Below, piece by piece: positions 22,301 to 35,880 of a stretch of DNA of 64,000 bases. Origin of the DNA: the human T2T-CHM13v2.0 reference genome, Homo sapiens; assembly GCF_009914755.1 (NCBI RefSeq), contig NC_060933.1. One strand, 5' to 3'. Both the position numbers and the translations under genes were made by a program. Each line of letters begins with the position of its first letter. Position 1 is the first letter of the stretch. The notes below the pieces were generated by a model. It was given only the letters and a program-made list of their open reading frames with translations. It was not told the origin of the DNA and made no database searches.

Positions 22301-25300
22301 ACTCGTGTTGATTCCATTCTTTCCATTCCATTCAAGTTGAATCCATTCCATTGCATTCCATTCCATTCGATTCCATTCGATTGCACTCGGGTTGATTCCA
22401 TTCCATTGCATTCCATTCCATTCCATTCCATTCCATTACATTCGGATTGATTCTATTCAATTCCCTTACACTCCATTACATTCCATTCCATTCGGGTAGT
22501 TTCCATTCCATTCCATTCCATTCCTCTCCATTCCATTGCACTCGGGTTGATTCCATTCCATTGCATTCCATTCCATTCCATTCAATTCCATTCCGTTCCA
22601 TTCCATTCCATTACATTCGGATTGATTCTATTCAACTCCCTTACTTTCCATTACATTCCATTCCATTCGGGCTCTTCCATTCCATTCCATTCCATTCCAC
22701 TCCATTCCATTGCACTCGGGTTTATTCCATTCCATTCCATTCCATTCCATTCCATTCCGGAAGATTCCATTCCCTTGCATTCCATTCCATTCCATTCCCC
22801 TGCACTCGGGTTGATTCCATTCCATTCCACTCCATTCCGTTCCATTCCATTCCATTCCATTGTATTCGGGGTAATTCCATTCCATTCCATTCCATTCCAT
22901 TCCATTCCATTCCATTACAATCGAGTTGATTCCATTCCATTCCATTCCATTCCAGTCCTTTCCATTCCATTCCACTCGGGTTGATTCCATTCTATTAGTT
23001 TCCATTCCATTCCATTCCCTTCCATTCCACTCTGGTTGATTCCATTCCTTTCCATTCCACTCGAATAAATTCCCTCCTATTCCACTCGGAACGATTCCAT
23101 TCCATTCCATTCCATTCCATTCCATTCCATTCCATTCCATTTCGTTCCATTCCATTCTATTCCGTATCATTCCATTCCATTCCATTCCATTCCACTCGTG
23201 TTGATTCCATTCCTTTCCATTCCATTCGGTTTGAAGGCATTCCATTCCATTCCATTCCATTCCATTCCATTCCATTCCATTCCATTCCATTGTACTCTGG
23301 TTGATTGCATTCCATTGCATTCCATTCCATTCCATTCCGTTGCATTCCATTCCATTACATTCGGATTGATTCTATTCAACTCAATTACATTCCATTACAT
23401 TCCATTCCATTCGGGTTGTTCCATTCCATTCCATTTCATTCCACTCCATTCCATTGCACTCGGGTTGATTCCATTCCATTCCATTCCATTCCATTCCATT
23501 CCATTCCATTCCGGATGATTCCATTCCATTGCATTCCGTTCCATTACATTCCCCTGCACTCGCGTTGATTCCATTCCATTCCATTCAATTCCATTAAATT
23601 ACAATTCGTTACATTCCATTCTATTCCGTACCATTCCATTCCATTCCATTCCATTCCGTTCCATTCCGTTCCATTGCATTCCATTCCATTCTATTCGGGT
23701 TCATTCTATTCCATTCCATTCCGTTCCATTCTATTCCATTCCATTGCAATCGAGTTGAATTCATTGCGTTTCATTCCATTCCATTCCATTCCATTCCATT
23801 CCATTCCAGAAGATTCCATTCCATTGCATTCCATTCCATTCCATTCCCCTGCACTCGCGTTGATTCCATTCCATTCCATTCCATTCCATTCCATTCCGTT
23901 CCGTTCCATTCCATTCCATTCCATTCCATTCCATTCCATTCCGTTCCTTTCCATTCCATTCCATTCCATTCTATTCGGGTTAATTCCATTCCATTCCATT
24001 CGATTGCAATCGAGTTGATTCCATTCCATTGCATTCCATTCCATTCGATTCCATTCGATTGCACTCGGGTTGATTCCATTCCATTGCATTCAATTCCATT
24101 CCATTCCATTCCATTCCTTTCTGTTCCATTCCATTCCATTCCATTTCATTCTATTCGTGTTAATTCCGTTCCATTCTACTCCATTCCATTCCATTGAAAT
24201 CGAGTTGTTTCCATTCCATTCAATTCCATTCCATTCCATTCCATTCCATTCCATTCCGGATGATTTCATTCCATTGTATTCCATTCCATTCCATTCCCCT
24301 GCACTCGGGTTGATTCCATTACATTCCATTCCATTACATTCCATTCCATTCCGTTCCATTTCATTCTATTCGGGTTAATTCCATTCCATTCCATTCCACT
24401 CCATTCCAGTCCTTTCCTTTCCATTCCACTCGGGTTGATTCCATTCTATTCCTTTTAATTAAATTCCATTCCATTGCAATCGAGTGGATTCCATTCGAGT
24501 TGAATCCATTCCATTCCATTCCATTCCATTCCATTGCACACGGGTTCATTCCATTCCATTCCATTCCATTCCATTCCATTCCATTCCATTCTATTCCATT
24601 TCATTCCATTCCGTTCTATTCCGTACCATTCCATTCCATCCCATTCCATTCCGTTCCATTCCATGCCATTACACTCGGGTTGATTCCATTCCTTTCCATT
24701 CCATTCTTGTTGAATCCATTCCATTCCATTCCATTCCATTCCATTCGAATCCATTCCATTGCACTCGGGTTGATTCCATTACATTCCATTCCATTCCATT
24801 TCATTCCATTCCATTCCATTACATTCGGATTGATTCTATTCAATTCCCTTACACTCCATTACATTCCATTCCATTCGAGATGTTTCCATTCCATTCCATT
24901 CCATTCCACTCCATTCCATTGCATCAGGTTGATTGCATTCCATTCCATTCCATTCCATTCCGGATGATTCCATTCCATTGCATTCCATTCCATTCCATTC
25001 CATTCCGTTCCGGATGATTCCATTCCATTCCATTCCATTCCATTCCATTCCCCTGCAGTCGGGTTGATTCCATTCCATTCCATTCCATTCCATTCCATTC
25101 CATTCCATTCCGTTCAATTCCATTCCATTCCATTCTATTCGGGTTAATTCCATTCCATTCCATTCCATTCCATTCTGTTCGGGTTAATTCCATTCCATTC
25201 CATTCCATTCCATTCCATTCCATTCTATTCCATTCCATTGCAATCGAGTTGAATCCATTGCATTTCATTCCATTCCATTCCATTCCATTCCATTCCATTC

Positions 25301-25651
25301 CGGAAGATTCCATTCCATTGCATTCCATTCCATTCCATTCCCCTGCACTCGCGTTGATTCCATTCCATTCCATTCCATTCCATTCCGTTCCGTTCCGTTC
25401 CGTTCCGTTCCGTTCCATTCCATTCCATTCCATTCCATTCCGTTCCGTTCCATTCCATTCCATTCCTTTCTATTCGGGTTAATTCCATTCCATTCCATTC
25501 GATTGCAATCGTGTTGATTCCATTCCATTCCATTCCATTCCATTCCATTCCATTCCATTCCTTTCCATTCCATTACGGATGATTCCATTCCATTGCATTC
25601 CATTCCATTCCATTCCCCTGTACTCGGGTTGATTCCATTCCATTCCATTCC
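16307..25651. repeat. ~4.65 kb near-identical tandem duplication (unit 1 about 16307-20977; unit 2 about 20978-25623)
   Basis: Rare variants in both units: GGGCTCTTCC (17998/22669), GAATAAATTCCCTCC (18397/23063), CATTAAATTACAATTCGTTAC (18961/23592), GAATTCATTGCG (19126/23757), TCGAGATGTTTCC (20239/24875). Offsets of 4631-4676 vary in steps of 5. Confidence 0.92.
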
Positions 25652-28600
25652 AATCCATGCCATTCCACTCGTGTTGATTCCATTCTTTCCATTCCGTTCA
25701 AGTTGAATCCATTCCATTGCATTATATTCCATTCGATTCCATTCGATTTCACTCGGGTTGATTCCATTCCATTGCATTCCATTCCATTCCATTCCATTCC
25801 ATTCCGTTCCATTCCATTCCATTACATTCGGATTGATTCTATTCAACTCCCTTACTCTCCATTACATTCCATTCCATTCGGGTTGTTCCATTCCATTCCA
25901 TTCCATTCCACTCCATTCCATTGGACTCGGGTTGATTCCATTCCATTCCATTCCATTCCATTCCATTCCATTCCGAAAGATTCCATTCCATTGCATTCCA
26001 TTCCATTCCATTCCCCTGCACTCGCGTTGATTCCATTCTATTCCATTCTATTCCATTCCATTCCCTTCCTTTCCGTTCCATTCCGTTCCATTCCGTTCAG
26101 TTCCGTTCCACTCCATTCCATTCCATTCTATTCGGGTTAATTCCATTCCATTCCATTCGATTGCAATCGAGTTGATTCCATTCCATTCCATTTCATTCCA
26201 TTCCATTCCATTCCATTCCATTCCATTCCTTTCCATTCCATTACGGATGATTCCATTCCATTGCATTCCATTCCATTCCATTCCCCTGTACTCGGGTTGA
26301 TTCCATTCCATTCCATTCCAATCCATGCCCTTCCACTCGTGTTGATTCCATTCTTTCCATTCCATTCTAGTTGAATCCATTCCATTGCATTCCATTCCAT
26401 TCGATTCCATTCGATTGCACTCGGGTTGATTCCATTCCATTGCATTCCATTCCATTCCATTCCATTCCATTCCATTCCATTCCGTTCCATTGCATTCCAT
26501 TACATTCGGATTGATTCTATTCAACTCCCTTACTCTCCATTACATTCCATTCCATTCGGGTTGTTCCATTCCATTCCATTCCATTCGACTCCATTCCATT
26601 GCACTCGGGTTGATTCCATTACATTCCATTCCATTCCGGAAGATTCCATTCCATTGCATTCCATTACATTCCATTCCCCTGCACTCGCGTTGATTCCATT
26701 CCTTTCCATTCCATTCCATTCCATTCCATTCTATTCCGTTCCGTTCCATTCCATTCCATTCCATTCCATTCCATTCCATTCCGTTCCGTTCCATTCCATT
26801 CCATTCCATTCTATTCGGGTTAATTCCATTCCATTCCATTCCATTGCAATCGTGTTGATTCCATTCCATTCCATTCCATTCCATTCCATTCCATTCAATT
26901 CCATTCCATTCCATTCCATTCCATTACATTCGGATTGATTCTATTCAACTCCCTTACTCTCCATTACATTCCATTCCATTCGGGTTGTTCCATTCCATTC
27001 CATTCCATTCCACTCCATTCCATTGCACTCGGGTTTATTCCATTCCATTCCATTCCATTCCATTCCATTCCATTCCGGAAGATTCCATTCCATTGCATTC
27101 CATTCCATTCCATTCCCCTGCACTCGTGTTGATTCCATTCCCTTCCATTCCATTCCATTCCGTTCCATTCCATTCCATTCCTTTCCGTTCCATTCCATTC
27201 CATTCCATTCCATTCCATTCCGTTCCGTTCCGTTCTATTCTATTCCATTCCATTCTATTCGGGTTAATTCCATTCCATTCCATTCGATTGCAATCGAGTT
27301 GATTCCATTCCATTCCTTTCCATTCCATTCCATTCCATTCCATTCCATTCCTTTCCATTCCATTACGGATGATTCCATTCCATTGCATTCAATTCCATTC
27401 CATTCCCCTGTACTCGGGTTGATTCCATTCCATTCCATTCCATTCCATTCTATTCCATTCCATTCCATTCCATTCCGGAAGATTCCATTCCATTGCATTC
27501 CATTCCATTCCATTCCCCTGCACTCGCGTTGATTCCATTCAATTCCATTCCATTCCATTCCATTCCATTCCGATCCGTTCCGTTCCACTCCATTCCATTC
27601 CATTCCATTCCGTTCCGTTCCATTCCATTCCATTCCATTCCATTCCATTCCATTCCATTCCATTCTATTCGGGTTAATTCCATTCCATTCCATTCAATTG
27701 CAATCAAGTTGATTCCATTCCATTCCATTCCATTCCATTCCATTCCTTTCCATTACATTACGGATGATTCCATTCCATTTAATTCCATTCCATTTCATTC
27801 CATTCCATTCCATTCCCCTTTACTCGGGTTGATTCCATTCCATTCCATTCCAATCCATGCCATTCCACTCGTGTTGATTCCATTCTTTCCATTCCATTCA
27901 AGTTGAATCCATTCCGTTGCATTCCATTCCATTCGATTCCATTTGATTGCACTCGGGTTGATTCCATGGCATTGCATTCCATTCCATTCCATTCCATTCC
28001 TTTCCATTCCATTCCATTCCATTCCATTCGGATTCATTCTATTCAATTCCCTTACACTCCATTACATTCCATTCCATTCGTGTAGTTTCCATTCCATTCC
28101 ATTCCATTCCTCTCCATTCCATTGCACTCGGGTTGATTCCATTCCATTCCATTCCATTCCATTCCATTCCATTCCGGATGATTCCATTCCATTGAATTCC
28201 ATTCCATTCCATTAACCTGCACTTGGGTTGATTCCATTACATTCCATTCCATTCCTTTCTGTTCCATTCCATTCCATTCCATTCCATTCTATTCGTGTTA
28301 ATTCCGTTCCATTCTATTCCATTTCATTCCATTGAAATCGAGTTCATTCCATTCCATTCCATTCCATTCCATTCCATTCCCCTGCAGTCGGGTTGATTCC
28401 ATTCCATTCCATTCCATTCCATTCCATTCCATTCCGTTCCATTCCATTCCTTTCAATTCTATTTGGGTTAATTCCATTCCATTCCATTCCGTTCCGTTCC
28501 ATTCCATTCCATTCCATTCCATTCCGTTCCGTTCCATTCCATTCCATTCCATTCTATTCGGGTTAATTCCATTCCATTCCATTCGATTGCCATCAAGTTG

Positions 28601-28869
28601 ATTCCATTCCATTCCATTCCATTCCATTCCATTCCTTTCCATTCCATTATGGATGATTCCATTCCATTGCATTCCATTCCATTCCATTCTCCTGTACTAG
28701 GTTTGATTCCATTCCATTCCATTCCAATCCATGCCATTCCACTCCTGTTGATTCCATTCTTTCCATTCCATTCAAGTTGAATCCATTCCATTGCATTCCA
28801 TTCCATTCGATTCCATTCGATTGCACTCGGGTTGATTCCATTCCATTGCATTCCATTCCATTCCATTCC

Positions 28870-29880
28870 ATTCCATTACATTCGGATTGATTCTATTCAA
28901 TTCCCTTACACTCCATTACATTCCATTCCATTCGGGTAGTTTCCATTCCATTCCATTCCATTCCTCTCCATTCCATTGCACTCGGGTTGATTCCATTCCA
29001 TTGCATTCCATTCCATTCCATTCAATTCCATTCCGTTCCATTCCATTCCATTACATTCGGATTGATTCTATTCAACTCCCTTACCCTCCATTACATTCCA
29101 TTCCATTCGGGCTCTTCCATTCCATTCCATTCCATTCCACTCCATTCCATTGCACTCGGGTTTATTCCATTCCATTCCATTCCATTCCATTCCATTCCAT
29201 TCCGGAAGATTCCATTCCATTGCATTCCATTCCATTCCATTCCCCTGCACTCGGGTTGATTCCATTCCATTCCACTCCATTCCGTTCCATTCCATTCCAT
29301 TCCATTGTATTCGGGGTAATTCCATTCCATTCCATTCCATTCCATTCCATTCCATTCCATTCCATTACAATCGAGTTGATTCCATTCCATTCCATTCCAT
29401 TCCAGTCCTTTCCATTCCATTCCACTCGGGTTGATTCCATTCTATTAGTTTCCATTCCATTCCATTCCCTTCCATTCCACTCTGGTTGATTCCATTCCTT
29501 TCCATTCCACTCGAATAAATTCCCTCCTATTCCACTCGGAACGATTCCATTCCATTCCATTCCATTCCATTCCATTCCATTCCATTCCATTTCGTTCCAT
29601 TCCATTCTATTCCGTATCATTCCATTCCATTCCATTCCATTCCATTCCATTCCACTCGTGTTGATTCCATTCCTTTCCATTCCATTCGGTTTGAAGGCAT
29701 TCCATTCCATTCCATTCCATTCCATTCCATTCCATTCCATTCCATTGTACTCTGGTTGATTGCATTCCATTGCATTCCATTCCATTCCATTCCGTTGCAT
29801 TCCATTCCATTACATTCGGATTGATTCTATTCAACTCAATTACATTCCATTACATTCCATTCCATTCGGGTTGTTCCATT
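28870..29880. repeat. Third, partial (~1 kb) copy of the 17760-18780 / 22430-23410 segment
   Basis: Shares GGGCTCTTCC (29109), CGGGGTAATT, GAATAAATTCC (29513), GTACTCTGGTTGATTGC and CAACTCAATTACATT. Confidence 0.85.
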
Positions 29881-31272
29881 CCATTCCATTCCATTCCACT
29901 CCATTCCATTGCACTCGGGTTTATTCCATTCCATTCCATTCCATTCCGGAAGATTCCATTCCATTGCATTCCATTCCATTCCATTCCCCTGCACTCGCGT
30001 TGATTGCATTCCATTCCATTCCATTCCATTCCATCCCTTCCGTTCCCTTCCATTCCATTCCATTCCGTTCCGTTCCATTCCATTCCATTCCATTCTATTC
30101 GGGTTAATTCCATTCCATTCCATTCGATTGAAATCGAGTTGATTCCATTCTATTCCATTCCTTTCCATTCCATTACGGATGATTCCATTCCATTGCATTC
30201 CATTCCATTCCATTCCCCTGTACTCGGGATGATTCCATTCCATTCCATTCCAATCCATGCCATTCCACTCGTGTTGATTCCATTCTTTCCATTCCATTCA
30301 AGTTGAATCCATTCCATTGCATTCCATTCCATTCGATTCCATTCGATTGCACTCGGGTTGATTCCATTCCATTGCATTCCATTCCATTCCATTCCATTCC
30401 ATTCCGTTCCATTCCATTCCTTTACATTCGGATTGATTCTATTCAATTCCCTTACACTCCATTACATTCCATTCCATTCGGGTAGTTTCCATTCCATTCC
30501 ATTCCATTCCTCTCCATTCCATTGCACTCGGGTTGATTCGATTCTATTGCATTCCATTCCATTCCGTTCCATTCCATTCCGTTCCATTCCATTCGATTAC
30601 ATTCGGATTGATTCTATTCAACTCCCTTACTCTCCATTACATTCCATTCCATTCGGGTTGTTCCATTCCATTCCATTCCATTCCACTCCATTCCATTGCA
30701 CTCGTGTTGATTCCATTCCATTCCATTCCATTCCATTCCATTCTGGAAGATTCCATTCCATTGCATTCCATTCCATTCCATTCCCCTGCACTCGCGTTGA
30801 TTCCATTCCATTCCATTCTATTCCATTCCATTCCCTTCCTTTCCGTTCCATTCCATTCCATTCCATTCCATTCCGTTCTGTTCCATTCCATTCCATTCCA
30901 TTCTATTCGGGTTAATTCCATTCCATTCCATTCGATTGCAATCGAGTTGATTCCATTCCATTCCATTCCATTCCATTCCATTCCATTCCATTCCTTTCCA
31001 TTCCATTACGGATGATTCCATTCCATTGCATTCCATTCCATTCCATTCTCCTGTACTCGGGTTGATTCCATTCCATTCCATTCCAATCCATGCCATTCCA
31101 CTCGTGTTGATTCCATTCTTTCCATTCCATTCAAGTTGAATCCATTCCATTGCATTCCATTCCATTCGATTCCATTAGACTGCATTCGGGTTGATTCCAT
31201 TCCATTGCATTCCATTCCATTCCATTCCATTCCATTCCATTCCATTCCATTCCGTTCCATTCCATTCCATTA

Positions 31273-31376
31273 CATTTGGATTGATTCTATTCAATTCCCT
31301 TACACTCCATTACATTCCATTCCATTTGGATTGATTCTATTCAATTCCCTTACACTCCATTACATTCCATTCCATT
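31273..31376. repeat. 50-bp tandem duplication
   Basis: CATTTGGATTGATTCTATTCAATTCCCTTACACTCCATTACATTCCATTC at 31273 and 31323. Both copies carry the TCGG-to-TTGG change. Confidence 0.9.
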
Positions 31377-34300
31377 CGGGTAGTTTCCATTCCATTCCAT
31401 TCCATTCCTCTCTATTCCATTGAACTCGGGTTTATTCCATTCCATTGCATTCCATTCCATTCCATTCAATTCCATTCCGTTCCATTCCATTCCATTACAT
31501 TCGGATTTATTCTATTCAATTCCCTTACTCTCCATTTCATTCCATTCCATTCGGGTTTTTCCATTCCATTCCATTCCATTCCACTCCATTCCATTGCACT
31601 CGTGTTGATTCCATTCCATTCCATTCCATTCCGGAAGATTCCATTCCATTGCATTCCATTCCATTCCATTCCCCTGCACTCGCGTTGATTCCATTCCATT
31701 CCATTCCATTCCATTCTATTCCATTCCATTCCATTCCATTCTTTTCCGTTCCATTCCATTCCATTCCAATGCATTCCATTCCGTTCCGTTGCGTTCCATT
31801 CCATTCCATTCCATTCTATTCGGGTTAATTCCATTCCATTCCATTTGATTGCAATCGAGTTGATTCCATTCCATTCCATTCCATTCCATTCCTTTCCATT
31901 CCATTACGGATGATTCCATTCCATTGCATTCCATTCCATTCCATTCCCCTGTACTCGGGTTGATTCCATTCCATTCCATTCCAATCCATGCCATTCCACT
32001 CGTGTTGATTCCATTCTTTCCATTCCATTCAAGTTGAATCCATTCCATTGCATTCCATTCCATTCCATTCCCCTGCAGTCGGGTTGTTTCCATTCCATTC
32101 CATTCCATTCCATTCCATTCCGGATGATTCCATTCCATTGCATTCCGTTCCATTACATTCCCCTGCACTCGCGTTGATTCCATTCCATTCCATTACTTTC
32201 CATTCAATTCCATTCCATTACAATTCGTTCCAATCCATTCTATTCCGTACCATTCCATTCCATTCCATACCATTCCATTCCATTCCATTCCATTCCATTC
32301 CATTCGATTCCGTTCCATTCCGTTCCATTCCATTCAATTCCATTCTATTCGGGTTAATCCCATTCCATTCCATTCCATTCCATTCTATTCCTTTCCATTG
32401 CAACCTAGTTGAATCCATTGCATTTCATTCCATTCCATTCCATTCCATTCCGGAAGATTCCATTCCATTGCATTCCATTCCATGCCATTCCCCTGCACTC
32501 GCGTTGATTCCATTCCATTCCTTTCCATTCCATTCCATTCCGTTCCATTCCATTCCGTTCCGTTCCGTTCCATTCCATTCCATTCCGTTCCATTCCGTTC
32601 CGTTCCGTTCCGTTCCGTTCCATTCCATTCCATTCCATTCCATTCCATTCCGTTCCGTTCCATTCCATTCCATTCCATTCCATTCCATTCCATTCCTTTC
32701 CATTCCATTACGGATGATTCCATTCCATTGCATTCCATTCCATTCCATTCCCCTGTACTCGGGTTGATTCCATTCGATTGCATTCCAATCCATGCCCTTC
32801 CACTGGTGTTGATTCCATTCTTTCCATTCCATTCAAGTTGAATCCATTCCATTGCATTCTATTCCATTCGATTCCATTCGATTGCACTCGGGTTGATTCC
32901 ATTCCATTGCATTCCATTCCATTCCATTCCATTCCATTCCATTCCTTTCCTTTCCATTCTATTACATTCGGATTGATTCTATTCAATTCCCTTACACTCC
33001 ATTAAGTTCCATTCCATTCGGGTAGTTTCCATTCCATTCCATTCCATTCCTCTCCATTCCATTGCACTCGGGTTGATTCCATTCCATTGCATTCCATTCC
33101 ATTCCATTCAATTCCATTCCGTTCCACTCCATTCCATTACATTCGGATTGATTCTATTCAACTCCCTTAGTCCCCATTACATTTCATTCCATTCGGGTTG
33201 TTCCATTCCATTCCATTCCATTCCACTCCATTCCATTGCACTCGGGTTTATTCCATTCCATTCTATTCCATTCCATTCCATTCCATTCCATTCCGGAAGA
33301 TTCCATTCCATTGCATTCCATTCCATTCCATTCCCCTGCACTCGCGTTGATTCCATTCCATTCCATTCGATTCCATTCCATTCCTTTCGTTTCCGTTCCA
33401 TTCCATTCCATTCCATTCCATTCCATTCCATTCCGTTCCGTTCCGTTCCGTTCCATTCCATTCCATTTCATTCTATTCGGGTTAATTCCATTCCATTCCA
33501 TTCGATTGCAATCGAGTCGATTCCATTCCATTCCATTCCATTCCATTCCATTCCATTCCTTTCCATTCCATTACGGATGATTCCATTCCATTGCATTCCA
33601 TTCCATTCCATTCCCCTGTACTCGGGTTGATTCCATTCCATTCCATTCCAATGCATGCCATTCCACTCGTGTTGATTCCATTCTTTCCATTCCATTCAAG
33701 TTGAATCCATTCCATTGCATTCCATTCCATTCCATTCCCCTGCAGTCGGGTTGATTCCATTCCATTCCATTCCATTCCATTCCATTCCGTTCCGTTCCAT
33801 TCCATTCCATTCCTTTCTATTCGGGTTAATTCCATTCCATTCCATTCCATTCCATTCCATTCCATTCCAATCAAGTTGATTCCATTCCATTCCATTCCAT
33901 TCCATTCCATTCCATTCCATTCCACTCCATTCCAGTCCTTTCCATTCCATTCCACTCGGGTTGATTCCAATGTATTCCTTTCCATTCCATTCCATTCCAT
34001 TGCAATCGAGTTGATTCCATTGCTTTGCATTCCATTCCATTCCATTCCATTCCGGATGATTCCATTCCATTGCATTGCATTCCATTCCATTCCCCTGCAC
34101 TCGGGTTGATACCATTCCATTCCACTCCATTCCGTTCCATTCCATTCCATTCCATTGTATTCGGGTTAATTCCATTCCATTCCATTCCATTCCATTCCAT
34201 TCCATTCCATTCCAATCGAGTTTATTCCATTCCATTCCATTCCATTCCATTCCTTTCCATTCCATTCCACTCGGGTTGATTCCATTCTATTAGTTTCCAT

Positions 34301-35726
34301 TCCATTCCATTCCCTTCCATTCCACTCTGGTTGATTCCATTCCTTTCCATTCCACTCGAATACATTCCCTCCTATTCCACTCGGAACGATTCCATTCCAT
34401 TCCATTCCATTCCATTCCAATCCATTCCATTCCATTTCGTTCCATTCCATTCCATTCCGTATCATTCCATTCCATTCCATTCCATTCCATTCCATTCCAT
34501 TCCATTCCATTGTACTCGGGTTGATTCCATTCCATTGCATTCCATTCCATTCCATTCCATTCCATTCCATTCCATTGCATTCCATTCCATTACATTCGGA
34601 TTGATTCTATTCAACTCCCTTACTCTCCATTACATTCCATTCCATTCGGGTTGTTCCATTCCATTCCATTCCATTCCACTCCATTCCATTGCACTCGGGT
34701 TGATTCCATTCCTTTCCATTCCATTCCATTCCATTCCGGATGATTACTTTCCATTGCATTCCGTTCCATTACATTCCCCTGCACTCGCGTTGATTCCATT
34801 CCATTCCATTCCATTCCATTCCATTCCATTCCATTACAATTCGTTCCATTCTATTCTATTCCGTACCATTCCATTCCATTCCATGCCATTCCATTCCATT
34901 CCACTCCATTCCATTCCGTTCCATTCCGTTCCATTCCATTCCATTCCATTCTATTCGGATTAATTCCATTCCATTCCATTCCATTCCATTCCATTCTATT
35001 CCACTCCATTGCAATCGAGTTGAATCCATTGCATTTCATTCCATTCCATTCCATTCCATTCCATTCCATTCCATTCCATTCCGGAAGTTTCCATTCCATT
35101 GCATTCCATTCCATTCCATTCCCCTGCACTCGCGTTGATTCCATTCCATTCCATTCCATTCCATTCCGTTCCCTTCCATTCCATTCCATTCCATTCCGTT
35201 CCGTTCCATTCCATTCCATTCCATTCTATTCGGGTTAATTCCATTCCATTCCATTCGATTGCAATCGAGTTGATTCCATTCCATTCCATTCCAATCCATT
35301 CCATTCCATTCCATTCCATTCCTTTCCATTCCATTACGGATGATTCCATTCCATTGCATTCCATTCCATTCCATTCCCCTGTACTCGGGTTGATTCCATT
35401 CCATTCCATTCCAATCCATGCCATTCCACTCGTGTTGATTCCATTCTTTCCATTCCATTCAAGTTGAATCCATTCCATTACATTCCATTCAATTTGATTC
35501 CATTCGATTGCACTCGGTTTGATTCCATTCCATTGCATTCCATTCCATTCAATTCCATTCCATTCCATTCCATTCCAATCCATTCCATTCCATTCCATTC
35601 CATTACATTACATTCGGATTGATTCTATTCAATTCCCTTACAGTGCATTACATTCCATTCCATTCGGGTAGTTTCCATTCCATTCCATTCCATTCCTCTC
35701 CATTCCATTGCACTCGGGTTGATTCC

Positions 35727-35880
35727 ATTCCATTGCATTCCATTCCATTCCTTTCAATTCCATTCCGTTCCATTCAATTCCATTACATTCGGATTGATTC
35801 TATTCCATTGCATTCCATTCCATTCCTTTCAATTCCATTCCGTTCCATTCAATTCCATTACATTCGGATTGATTCTATTC
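35727..35880. repeat. 75-bp tandem duplication
   Basis: CTTTCAATTCCATTCCGTTCCATTCAATTCCATTACATTCGGATTGATTCTATTC at 35751 and 35826. Confidence 0.88.
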
